This document shows positions 16,769 through 24,987 of a DNA stretch of 24,987 nt, one piece after another. Source of the DNA: Leptospiraceae bacterium. GTDB lineage: Bacteria; Spirochaetota; Leptospiria; Leptospirales; Leptonemataceae. The notes beneath the pieces are model-generated. The model did not search any database, was not told the DNA's origin, and saw only the letters and a list, made by a program, of their open reading frames with translations. Every line of letters begins with the position of its first letter. The stretch's first letter is position 1. Position numbers and translations under genes: made by a program. The DNA lies in contig JAGRNC010000001.1 of NCBI GenBank assembly GCA_020440935.1, forward strand, positions 1-24,987, in the 5' to 3' direction.

Positions 16769-17815
16769 ATGCAGATGAAAGCGGCGGTTCTGGAGAAAGG
16801 CAATCCCATCCTGGATATTAGAGATGTGGACGAGCCTCCACTGGGAGACAATGAAGTACGGGTGGCAGTAGAGGCATGCGGCATCTGCGGATCCGATCTT
16901 CACATAACTCTACACCCAATCATTCGAATCAAACATTACCCGCTCATTCCAGGGCATGAGTCTGCGGGTCACATTCTGGAAATGGGAAAGAATGTGACCG
17001 ATCTCAAAAAAGGTCAGCGAGTCGTTATTTCTGCCGGAACAAGTTGCGGCAAATGCCCGGCCTGCCTGGCGGGTCGCGAAAACCGATGCCCCGAGGTAGG
17101 TGTTCTGGGCTTTGATAGGGATGGTTCTTTTGCTGAGCGCATCGTGGTAGAACGAAGAAATGTCTTTCCTTTGCCCGATGGGGTTCCCATCGAACAGGGA
17201 GCTATTCTGGCGGATGCCGTTTCCACCCCGTACCATGCCATCCGCTTTGTTGGCGAACTGCAGCCGGGCCAGACAGTGCTGGTGGCTGGTTGCGGCGGAC
17301 TGGGCATTCATGGAGTGATGATTGCAAAAGCGCTGGGAGCCGGAAGAGTGATCGCCCTGGATGTGGATGAAGGCGCGCTGTCCAATGCGCAGAAAGCGGG
17401 CGCCGATGAAACCTACAATGCCCGAGAACTCAAGAAAACAATGCAGGACATTCGAAAGCTCGGCGATCTGGATCTGATCGCCGATTTTAGCGGAGTCTAC
17501 CGCAACGCAGAGTATTTGATTCGCGGGCTAAATCCGGGAGGCCGCTACGTGATGGTGGGCCTGGGCAGAGGCGAGCTTGGCTTTTCCATGCCTACATACA
17601 TGATATACAAAGAGCTTTCTATCCGCGGTTCCTATGGAAGCGACCGTAGAACGATGCCGGAGCTAATCGAACTACTGAGCACAGGTAAGCTGAACCTGTC
17701 CCTGTCGATTACATCCATGCATCCATTGAGCGAAATCAATGAATGCCTCAAAAAGCTGGATTCGCGGGCGGAGAACCCCATCCGTTACATCATTCAGCCG
17801 CAGAGACTAAACTAA
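16769..17815 (+). CDS. Zinc-binding alcohol dehydrogenase (MDR family)
   Basis: CGICGSDLH, GHE, structural-Zn motif CGKCPACLAGRENRC, and Rossmann GCGGLG. Confidence 0.95.
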   Translation: MQMKAAVLEKGNPILDIRDVDEPPLGDNEVRVAVEACGICGSDLHITLHPIIRIKHYPLIPGHESAGHILEMGKNVTDLKKGQRVVISAGTSCGKCPACLAGRENRCPEVGVLGFDRDGSFAERIVVERRNVFPLPDGVPIEQGAILADAVSTPYHAIRFVGELQPGQTVLVAGCGGLGIHGVMIAKALGAGRVIALDVDEGALSNAQKAGADETYNARELKKTMQDIRKLGDLDLIADFSGVYRNAEYLIRGLNPGGRYVMVGLGRGELGFSMPTYMIYKELSIRGSYGSDRRTMPELIELLSTGKLNLSLSITSMHPLSEINECLKKLDSRAENPIRYIIQPQRLN

Positions 17816-17822
17816 AGAGAGT

Positions 17823-17844
17823 TTGCACCCCAAAAAAAGTGCAA
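17823..17844. promoter_or_regulatory. Perfect inverted repeat TTGCAC-N10-GTGCAA in the intergenic region upstream of phhB
   Basis: Read directly from the sequence; function unknown. Confidence 0.3.
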
Positions 17845-17878
17845 TACCGCATCATGCGCCAGAGAGACAGGAAGAGAA

Positions 17879-18181
17879 ATGGAAAGAACGAAATTGAGTG
17901 AAGCTGACATCAAGAATGCCCTGGCAGGGCTCAAGGATTGGGAAGAAAAAGAAGGAAAGCTATACTGCGAAATCCAATTCGAAGATTTTAACGAGGCTTT
18001 CTCTTTTATGACTTCTGTGGCCATGATGGCCGAGAAACTGGACCACCATCCCGAATGGTTCAACGTTTACAATCGACTAAAGATCTGGCTTCATACGCAC
18101 GATGCCGGCGGAATCACCGACTACGATCTGGCGCTGGCTCGCTACATTCAGCAGCGCCAGGAATTCATTGAAAGGGACTGA
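17879..18181 (+). CDS. phhB: Pterin-4-alpha-carbinolamine dehydratase
   Basis: [37 protein letters not shown]. Confidence 0.95.
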   Translation: MERTKLSEADIKNALAGLKDWEEKEGKLYCEIQFEDFNEAFSFMTSVAMMAEKLDHHPEWFNVYNRLKIWLHTHDAGGITDYDLALARYIQQRQEFIERD

Positions 18182-19136
18182 TCTGGTCGATAGAATCGGC
18201 GCCCTGAATGGCCATAAGTAAGCGATCCAGGCCCAGGGCGACACCGCAGCCATCGGGCAGAGGTGATTCTTCCATCACTTCCAGAAGTTGTTCATCCATT
18301 GGTTGGCGGGCCTTCCTGCCTTCCTCGGCGAGTAGAGCGTCTTTTACCGTGGCCTCCGATTGCATTCTTTTTCGTTGCTCCCTTGCATGGCGCACCTCCA
18401 CGTATCCGTTGGCCAATTCCAGGCCCTTCCAGTAGACTTCAAAGCGTCTTGCGCGACCATTTTCGATTCTGGCGTAGGCAGCCAGCTCTTCGGGGTAATC
18501 GTAGATGGCAACAATGTGTTCAGAATTCAGGGATGGCTCAACATAGTTCAGAAATAGAGTAAAGAAGTACTCTTCGTACCGTCGCTTCGCATCGGGCGCA
18601 TCGTGGGCAAAATGACCTCGTTTGAGGCAGTAGATTCGAATGGTCTCAAAGTCCAGAGATAGTCCAAGGATACTCTGAAAAAGCTCTTCCATTCGAAATA
18701 CTTGCAGTTGCGGAATTACATCCTGGGCCGACCGCGACTCCTGATTTTCAAGAAGGCAGGCTATGAGCGCATGGATTAGCTGAATCGAATTCTGTTCGTC
18801 CGTTTCGGTGGCGTACCATTCGAGCATCAGAAACTCGGATGTATGCAGCGGACCGGATTCGCGACCCCGAAAGCAATGGGCGATCTCGAACAGATTGCAT
18901 CGTAGATCGGCCCATAGAACCTTTAGATTGAATTCGGGGCTCGTTATTAACGTTGCATGTCCTTTGCCCGCTTCCTGCAGAACTTCAAAGGGGTACAGAA
19001 AGGGCTCCGTCGTTGCCCAGGGATTCAGAATGGGAGTTTCGACTTCCAGAAATCCCCGATCCTCGAAGAATGTGCGCACTCTTCGAATGCTTCGGGAGCG
19101 CTGCTTCCAGGCTTCCGGCGCCAGGCGACGTATCAT
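18165..19136 (-). CDS. epmA: EF-P lysine aminoacylase (LysRS2 paralog lacking the anticodon domain)
   Basis: [58 protein letters not shown]. 3' end overlaps phhB by 17 nt (convergent). Confidence 0.93.
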   Translation of the reverse strand: MIRRLAPEAWKQRSRSIRRVRTFFEDRGFLEVETPILNPWATTEPFLYPFEVLQEAGKGHATLITSPEFNLKVLWADLRCNLFEIAHCFRGRESGPLHTSEFLMLEWYATETDEQNSIQLIHALIACLLENQESRSAQDVIPQLQVFRMEELFQSILGLSLDFETIRIYCLKRGHFAHDAPDAKRRYEEYFFTLFLNYVEPSLNSEHIVAIYDYPEELAAYARIENGRARRFEVYWKGLELANGYVEVRHAREQRKRMQSEATVKDALLAEEGRKARQPMDEQLLEVMEESPLPDGCGVALGLDRLLMAIQGADSIDQISPFQ

Positions 19137-20389
19137 TCTGCCTCCATAAAGATTTCAACCTTCGCCGATTCAGGACTCAGGTCGTCCAGAGTCAGCCCCG
19201 CCCGAAATCCAGCCACAGAAAAGAGCAGGCTGGGGCTTACTCCTTGCGGCAACCGAATCAATTCAAAATCATTAACCGAATCCTTGAACATAGTTGTACT
19301 TCCCTGCGAAGTCTGGCCGGGCGGCCCTGGAATCAATGGATCTGAATCGATGCGGTATAGATCGTGACACTTTAGATTCTTTTTCCAGTCGATGGGGCCC
19401 GTCTGTGCATTTACATCGCATCCATCGCGATCCACTTTTGTTGGCAGGCTATCATTTCGGAACAAATAGTTCACGGAACGCAAGGCCACGGGTATGCGAA
19501 ACTCCAGAATGCCCGATTTCTGAGTTCCATCGGGTCGCAAGATTAGCACCCTGGTGGAATCGGCCAGATACGTCACCTCCCAGTTTTTTCCGGAGGAAAG
19601 CATAGGATTACCCACCCGCTGGGATCGGCTGGAAGAAGGAAGCACAACGGCCAATGCACGATTGGATTGTTGCCAGTGGATTCGATACAACAAGGACCGA
19701 TTCTTTTCCTGGCCCGCAATAAAGTAGGGCCCTTCGGAGAAGAAGAGCGACTCCAGCCGCAGGGTGTCCCGGTTTAGAATCCAGAGTTCACCGCGAACAA
19801 ATGCCAGACCTCGTAGTTGGGCGCATGGAGCTTCGAGACTACCGGTTAACTGAAATGTCTCTGGATCGAAGCGTTGGATGCTGCCGGACGCGCCATCGGT
19901 AATCCATAGCTGACCTCTATAAAAAGCAATGTCCCGGGCCTCTGGCATATGCGTTTCGCCTGAATAGGCAATACGACCGGTTTCCGGATTGTACACATGT
20001 ACCTTGCCATTTCCTTTTTCCAGTAAATAGATTACCCCCGGACCGAAGGCAATTCCGGCAACCCGGTCTACCTTTACAGATAGGCGATCCACCTGTTTGC
20101 CGGTAATCGGGCTGTAACGGAAAATTGCATTTCTGGACCCTGCGTAGATGTAACCATCAAAGGGCGAGAATCGAATCCCGTAGATATATCGGTTACCGTA
20201 GAAATGGCCCTGTAAGCGGCCTTTCGTATCGGCCCGGTATAGTTTGCGGCCGCTGAGCTCGGTGAACCAGAAATCCTGCCCATCATGGGTTAGGCCATAG
20301 GGTATACCGGGTACCGGAAATCCGGTGGTTTCGGCGGCGATGGGAAAGGCAAATAGTAGTGCGGCGAAAATTAATCGATAGCCTGGCAT
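19133..20389 (-). CDS. Exported beta-propeller protein (NHL/YncE/glutamine-cyclotransferase-like repeats)
   Basis: Signal peptide (MPGYRLIFAALLFAFPIAA). Repeated blades: GLTHDGQDFWFTE, GIAFGPGVIYLLE, DIAFYRGQLWITD, GLAFVRGELWILN. ATGA overlap with epmA. Confidence 0.75.
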   Translation of the reverse strand: MPGYRLIFAALLFAFPIAAETTGFPVPGIPYGLTHDGQDFWFTELSGRKLYRADTKGRLQGHFYGNRYIYGIRFSPFDGYIYAGSRNAIFRYSPITGKQVDRLSVKVDRVAGIAFGPGVIYLLEKGNGKVHVYNPETGRIAYSGETHMPEARDIAFYRGQLWITDGASGSIQRFDPETFQLTGSLEAPCAQLRGLAFVRGELWILNRDTLRLESLFFSEGPYFIAGQEKNRSLLYRIHWQQSNRALAVVLPSSSRSQRVGNPMLSSGKNWEVTYLADSTRVLILRPDGTQKSGILEFRIPVALRSVNYLFRNDSLPTKVDRDGCDVNAQTGPIDWKKNLKCHDLYRIDSDPLIPGPPGQTSQGSTTMFKDSVNDFELIRLPQGVSPSLLFSVAGFRAGLTLDDLSPESAKVEIFMEAE

Positions 20390-20513
20390 GCTAAACACCC
20401 TTTAGTAATCCAGGGTCACATCGGACATAAATTTTTTTTTCTTGCCGCCAGAGCCTTTTGTTCGTCTATTGATTTAGAATGATTTTAAATCCAAAGCGCG
20501 TTTAAAACCATTC

Positions 20514-20519
20514 GGGAGG
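20514..20519 (+). promoter_or_regulatory. Shine-Dalgarno sequence for the sigma factor
   Basis: GGGAGG 5 nt before TTG 20525. Confidence 0.75.
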
Positions 20520-20524
20520 TTGCC

Positions 20525-21409
20525 TTGAAAGCAGAAAATACCACAAAGCGGCGAACCCGAACCCAGGGGAATACTGATTCAGATGCTAGCGATTCCATTC
20601 TGAATTGGTATCTCAATGAGATCCACAAGATCCCCATGTTATCGCGAGAGCAAGAGTTCGAAGTGGCCACGAAAGCCCGCGAGGGCGACCGGCCTGCTCG
20701 GGATTTGCTTGTGCGATCCAATCTGCGATTTGTGGTCACTGTGGCGCGTCGTTACCAGTCCTACGGACTGAGTATGATGGACCTGATCAACGAAGGCAAT
20801 CTCGGCTTGATTAAGGCGGCAGAACGCTTTAATCCTGATCGCGGCTTTCATTTTATTTCCTATGCGGTCTGGTGGATCAAGCAGTCCATACTGTTTGCAA
20901 TCCAGCAGAAGTCGCATCTCATTCGCCTTCCGCTGAATCGAACGGCTGACCTTCGACGCATCGAAGAGGCCGAGCGCTGGATGGACAACCAGGACGACGT
21001 AGAATCGAATCTGGAAAATCTGGCCCAGTACGTAGATATGAAGCCAGAAGATCTCAACCACTTGCTTCGCATGAGTCGAGATCATTTGAGCCTGGATGCT
21101 CCCTTTGCCGATGCCGAGGACTTTACGCTAGGCGAAAACATCGAAGACGTCGGTGACCCAGGTCCCGAGTACACTATCGAAACCGATCAGCTGAAACGGG
21201 AGATCGAAGCGAGCCTGGATGAGCTAACTCCGCGGGAGAGAAAGGTGCTCACTCTTCGGTTTGGTCTTGGCGAAAGCCCCGTTTACTCTCTGCAAAAGAT
21301 CGGGAAGATGGTGGGGCTGTCCAAAGAGCGAATTCGCCAAATTGAAAAGAAAGCAATTCGAAAGATTCGCACCGGAAAGTTTGGCCAGAAGCTGAACGCG
21401 TATTTATAG
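20525..21409 (+). CDS. RNA polymerase sigma-70 family factor, RpoD/RpoS-like, lacking region 1.1
   Basis: Region 1.2 YLNEIHKIPML; region 2 NLRFVVTVARRY...DLINEGNLGLIKAAERF...FISYAVWWIKQSI; region 3 IRLP...SLD; region 4 ERIRQIEKKA. Confidence 0.95.
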   Translation: MKAENTTKRRTRTQGNTDSDASDSILNWYLNEIHKIPMLSREQEFEVATKAREGDRPARDLLVRSNLRFVVTVARRYQSYGLSMMDLINEGNLGLIKAAERFNPDRGFHFISYAVWWIKQSILFAIQQKSHLIRLPLNRTADLRRIEEAERWMDNQDDVESNLENLAQYVDMKPEDLNHLLRMSRDHLSLDAPFADAEDFTLGENIEDVGDPGPEYTIETDQLKREIEASLDELTPRERKVLTLRFGLGESPVYSLQKIGKMVGLSKERIRQIEKKAIRKIRTGKFGQKLNAYL

Positions 21410-21432
21410 ACAATAACTAGTCTGTTCCCTGC

Positions 21433-21463
21433 AAGAGGCGGTCTTCTGACCGCCTTTTTTTTT
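21433..21463 (+). terminator. Rho-independent terminator after the sigma factor gene
   Basis: AGGCGGTC-TTCT-GACCGCCT perfect 8-bp stem followed by a T run to 21463. Confidence 0.9.
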
Positions 21464-21499
21464 GAATTGATCGGTCCAGGCTTTGGAGGAGTCTGGGGC

Positions 21500-22603
21500 A
21501 TGCTTCGGATTGGCCTGATACTCACTCCGCTCATTGCATTGATTTTGTTTCGGTATCCTGCCGAATCCATAGAATCCATGCCGCGTCTGGAATTATTGGA
21601 GTCCAGCTCCGTGGAGTATCCCGGGCCAGCTGTTAAAGATCTGCATCTGCAGTTGTTACACAAAGAAGAAGGTGTTCGCAAGATCTATCAAAGCGGCCGG
21701 GAATTCTCCATTCCGGAAAGTCTTAAAGAGTGGTCCCTCAGTGTTCCCTACGAGGGGCAGGGCTACTTTGCCTACCAGACCATCGGCTCCGAGATCGAGC
21801 ATCGTAGTAGTAGCGGCGAATTATTCTGGCGCAGGGATAGTTCTTCTTATCCCATTTCCAATCCTTCGGGAACTCTTATTTTGCTCATTACCGGCGACTC
21901 AAACCGCGTGGATGTGATGGATCGAAACGGGATTCTGGTAAAAGGGGCTTCTCTGTCAGGCAGTCTACTCGTCGACTATGCATTTTCTAACCCTGAGCCA
22001 GACCAGGAAGGTCCGGCAGCCGCAGCCATTGTACTGTTTTCCGATGGCCGTTATTATTTGATTGATGCAGCCGGGAAGAAGCTGGCTTCGGATTCCATTT
22101 CCGATGACCCGGTCTTTGCCCGAAGCGTAGGGCTTTCCATTGATGGTCGTAGCTTTGCCATTCATTATGAACAGGATCGAAAGGATTACCTGGCCGCCTA
22201 CGAGTGGAAAGATGGCGCTGTAAATCTGCTCTATAGGTTTAAGCTGGAGAAGAATTATCCGTACACTTTGCCTCTCGATTGCGAAGATGGCCGAATCCTC
22301 TTTGCTCCGCCGGGAGAATCGCTGGCTGTGGATGACGGAGATCTGACTCTCCATAAAAAATACGACCCGCCTGGCGATTCGCTCTATCGAGCTCAGGCCT
22401 TTGTGCCGTCTGGAGCATTGATGCAGCAACAGAATCAGATTCTTGTACTCGACCGTGAGGGTAGGTATCTGGGTCACTTCACGATGCCCGAAGCGAGTAC
22501 TCCGGGCCGCTTTTTGCCATTCGAGGGACGCAAGGTCTTGTTTCAAAATCTGGCCGGCGCGTTTCGGCTGTTTCGCTACGGATCCGAAAGCGAAGCTCCC
22601 TAG
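21500..22603 (+). CDS. Hypothetical membrane-anchored/exported protein, possibly beta-propeller
   Basis: GGAGGAG precedes ATG 21500; N-terminal hydrophobic helix; beta-rich repeats (e.g. RVDVMDRNG, YYLIDAAG, ILVLDREG). Confidence 0.75.
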   Translation: MLRIGLILTPLIALILFRYPAESIESMPRLELLESSSVEYPGPAVKDLHLQLLHKEEGVRKIYQSGREFSIPESLKEWSLSVPYEGQGYFAYQTIGSEIEHRSSSGELFWRRDSSSYPISNPSGTLILLITGDSNRVDVMDRNGILVKGASLSGSLLVDYAFSNPEPDQEGPAAAAIVLFSDGRYYLIDAAGKKLASDSISDDPVFARSVGLSIDGRSFAIHYEQDRKDYLAAYEWKDGAVNLLYRFKLEKNYPYTLPLDCEDGRILFAPPGESLAVDDGDLTLHKKYDPPGDSLYRAQAFVPSGALMQQQNQILVLDREGRYLGHFTMPEASTPGRFLPFEGRKVLFQNLAGAFRLFRYGSESEAP

Positions 22604-22642
22604 CGGCCATTCGGGCGCGGGGGCGAGGCGAATCATTATCCA

Positions 22643-23587
22643 TTAATCAGCGGTAGAGTAGATGGAAACTCCCCGGTTGCGCACTTCCAGGTCGCTGAGC
22701 AGCATTCCTATAACTTCCGTGCAATGACCGGGCTGGATATTAAAGATTAGATGATCCAGATTCTCGCGACTGATAAAAAGACCCCGTCCATGATTATCGC
22801 TCAATCCTACGGGAAGGCCGCGCTCATCCAGAGTAACCTGCCGCTCCAATCGCTGCAAAATATCGGTACGGTTTAAACCTCCGGAAAAGTCCCGAACGAC
22901 AAGCACACAGTAATTGCGAATGATTCCGGCTTCCAGCTCAATGCGATTTCGGCCCGGCTCATCGCTTCTGCCATATACCATGGCATTGCTCATCAATTCT
23001 TCCAGAATTTGGCGCACGATCGAAGGAGCGCCCGCCCGCGCTAACAATTCGGTAGCCAGATCGCAGCTCCGATCTTTCTCTTCCGGCGTTTCGATTGTCA
23101 GTCGATAAAGCTGCCCCGGCGAAGGCACGAATTCTTCCTCTTTCAGCATTCGGTGCGCTGCCGCAAAGCTCAGCGCCTCCACATTGCTTTCCGGGAAATA
23201 CTCTCCGATCCCAAAGATCCGCTTATCCAGGAGTTTCCGGATCATTACGTAGATGAAGTGCAAATCCAGGAATGTTGACTTGGGTATGACGTTCCAGATG
23301 GATAGTTCGCGACAGTATCGGATATAATCGTTGATGTCGTAGGCGGTCATAAGCGCAAATGGCCGGCCAGGGAAGGACTTTCGGTAGAGTTCGATGAGCT
23401 CGAGTCCGCCCATTTGCGGCATCCGTATATCGGTGAGCAGGAAATCCACAGATTCATTCTGGCAGATATCCCAGGCGTCGACGCCATCGGCCGCCTGCAG
23501 CACATCGAAATGCAGCGAAAGAAAATCGGCGATGGCCGTCCGAATCGACGGAATGTCATCTACGACCAGTATCTTGTGTTTGTTCAA
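22643..23587 (-). CDS. Response regulator: REC domain + RsbW/SpoIIAB-like HATPase domain
   Basis: REC: VVDD, LTDIRMP, MTAY. C-terminal: EELMSNA (N box), VRDFSGG (G1), HGRGLFI (G2). No HisKA His. Start overlaps the kinase stop by 4 nt. Confidence 0.88.
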   Translation of the reverse strand: MNKHKILVVDDIPSIRTAIADFLSLHFDVLQAADGVDAWDICQNESVDFLLTDIRMPQMGGLELIELYRKSFPGRPFALMTAYDINDYIRYCRELSIWNVIPKSTFLDLHFIYVMIRKLLDKRIFGIGEYFPESNVEALSFAAAHRMLKEEEFVPSPGQLYRLTIETPEEKDRSCDLATELLARAGAPSIVRQILEELMSNAMVYGRSDEPGRNRIELEAGIIRNYCVLVVRDFSGGLNRTDILQRLERQVTLDERGLPVGLSDNHGRGLFISRENLDHLIFNIQPGHCTEVIGMLLSDLEVRNRGVSIYSTAD

Positions 23588-24720
23588 CCGTCTACCTCTG
23601 TCTTTCTAAATGGCAGGGAAACCAGAAACCGTGTGCTTTTGCCGATGGTTCGGACCCGCAATCGACCGTTATGCTCGCGCACAATTCCCAGAGAAATGGA
23701 CAACCCCAGGCCGGTACCCCGTCCGTCTGCAGACCTGGTATAGAAGGGGACAAAAATCCGTCGGATCTGATCGTCGGGTATACCGCCTGCATCGTCTTCG
23801 ATGATGATATGCACATAGCGTTGGGACCGACGCATATCTACACGAATCTCTCCAGGGGAGTAATCATACGCTTGCAGAGAGTTCCGAAAAAGATTGACGA
23901 GCATTCGTTCGATTTTTTCCGGATTAAAATAGAAAATCATAGTTTCATCCGGCGAGCGAATCACCCAGCGGATCTGTCGCGATAGAACGGGGTATAACCG
24001 GACGGTATTGGCTTTCGCACGCTGCACCACTCGTAGTAGATCGGCCCGATTTCTCCGGAGGTTTCCAGGGCGTGCAAGTCCCAGAATGTCCGAAACGATG
24101 CGAGCGGCCTGCCGCAGGTCTTTCTGCAATATTTGCAGCCGATGAAGAACCTCCCGACTGTCCATAGTGGTGAGGTTGGCTTCCAGGTTCTGAAGCGTCA
24201 GGCCCATACCGGTTAGCGGGTTATTGAGTTCATGTGCAATGCCGGAAATCATTGTGCCCAGGGATGCCAGGTTCTCCATGCGCAGGGATTCTTCCTGCTG
24301 TTCGCGTTGGGCCGTTATATCTTCGACAATTTCCACGAGGCGCACCCGCACGGTTTGACCCTGAATGAAATCCAGTTTTAAAGTTCGCTCGCCCTGATCG
24401 CTGGGACGATGAATGATCTTCTCTTCGCTGGGGCTGTCGATGGGGCGGTCTTCGTCGGATGTCCTTTCCGGCGTTGCGGCAACTTTCCATTCATTATCCA
24501 GCGGGCAAAAAGGACAAATAGAGTCTCGATCGTGGATCAGGCGATAGCAGGATTGACCGATGGCTTCCTTGTAGCGTTCCATTCCGGTTAATTGAAGCGC
24601 TGCTCGATTTAATCGAACGATACGATAGGCGCCGTCAATAGCAAAGGTGGCCGATGGCTGGGAATCGAGAATTGCCTCGGTTTCTTCTAACCTGCTTTTG
24701 GACAAATCCGATTCTGACAC
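23584..24720 (-). CDS. Cytoplasmic PAS-domain sensor histidine kinase
   Basis: PAS with CYRLIHDRDSICPFCP; H box GIAHELNNPL; NLFRNS, EDDAGGI, FVPFYT, GTGLGL. No TM helix; GTG start. Confidence 0.93.
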   Translation of the reverse strand: MSESDLSKSRLEETEAILDSQPSATFAIDGAYRIVRLNRAALQLTGMERYKEAIGQSCYRLIHDRDSICPFCPLDNEWKVAATPERTSDEDRPIDSPSEEKIIHRPSDQGERTLKLDFIQGQTVRVRLVEIVEDITAQREQQEESLRMENLASLGTMISGIAHELNNPLTGMGLTLQNLEANLTTMDSREVLHRLQILQKDLRQAARIVSDILGLARPGNLRRNRADLLRVVQRAKANTVRLYPVLSRQIRWVIRSPDETMIFYFNPEKIERMLVNLFRNSLQAYDYSPGEIRVDMRRSQRYVHIIIEDDAGGIPDDQIRRIFVPFYTRSADGRGTGLGLSISLGIVREHNGRLRVRTIGKSTRFLVSLPFRKTEVDG

Positions 24721-24752
24721 AGTCCAAAGGTGCGAGGGGCGGGGCGGGTTAC

Positions 24753-24784
24753 AAATAAAAAAGGCCAGCCCTTTCGGGCCGGCC
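24753..24784 (-). terminator. Rho-independent terminator for the gene at the right edge
   Basis: Minus strand: GGCCGGCCC-GAAA-GGGCTGGCC (one G-U pair, GNRA loop) followed by TTTTTTATTT. Confidence 0.88.
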
Positions 24785-24816
24785 CACGGCTGATATCCAG
24801 GCCTTTCGGATGGAAA

Positions 24817-24987
24817 TCAATACTTGTTGTGGTCTTCCATGTATTCGATGACGGTTTCGTTGTATTTCTGTCCGTCTTTCTTCGAATATCCGTCCACCAG
24901 GCGATAGAGCATGTTAAAATGGTCCATCAGTTTGACATAGAACTTCTGCTTGAACTGATTCCGAAGCGGAAAGTTAGCAGTGTTATG
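24817..24987 (-). CDS. Hypothetical protein, 3' end only
   Basis: Manual translation: ...HNTANFPLRNQFKQKFYVKLMDHFNMLYRLVDGYSKKDGQKYNETVIEYMEDHNKY*, open to the window edge and followed by a terminator. Confidence 0.75.
   Translation of the reverse strand, partial: HNTANFPLRNQFKQKFYVKLMDHFNMLYRLVDGYSKKDGQKYNETVIEYMEDHNKY

Noticed and set aside
17822-17845. CIRCE (HrcA), NtrC site or sigma-54 promoter
   Set aside because: GCAC-GTGC spacing is 10 nt, versus 13 for CIRCE and 7 for NtrC. There is no GG at -24, and no heat-shock gene is downstream.
18165-18181. Convergent 17-nt overlap of phhB and epmA as a regulatory device
   Set aside because: Short tail-to-tail overlaps are common in compact genomes, and there is no further evidence.
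21965-22636. 223-aa minus-strand ORF
   Set aside because: Lies antisense to the 21500-22603 gene, with no motifs; most likely a shadow ORF.
1-24987. CRISPR arrays, tRNA/rRNA genes, IS elements, prophage
   Set aside because: No regularly spaced direct repeats, cloverleaf-like segments, transposase, integrase or phage genes were seen; nearly all of the sequence is accounted for by CDSs.

Overview
Gene-dense chromosomal window, roughly 50-55% GC by eye, most likely from a Leptospiraceae-like spirochete. That assignment is inferred from spirochete-type lipoprotein signals, futalosine-pathway genes and the gene-family mix. No rRNA, tRNA, CRISPR array or mobile element was seen. Housekeeping content: gatC-gatA, tyrS, ubiX, a UbiA/MqnP prenyltransferase, mqnA, epmA, phhB, a Zn-dependent dehydrogenase, a short sigma-70 factor, and a PAS histidine kinase plus REC-HATPase pair. 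The most unusual parts are: (1) a tightly packed minus-strand operon encoding an AAA+ ATPase, a tri-domain protein (nicotinamidase fold with a remodelled active site + kinase + Cys-phosphatase) and a Get3/BagAB-like ATPase pair with complementary broken motifs; (2) a 97-aa membrane protein ending in a FliF-like FliG-binding motif, with an in-frame A16 tract that could switch that motif on or off; (3) a lipoprotein gene on the opposite strand, with no intergenic space on either side, inside the menaquinone gene cluster (noncontiguous-operon architecture).
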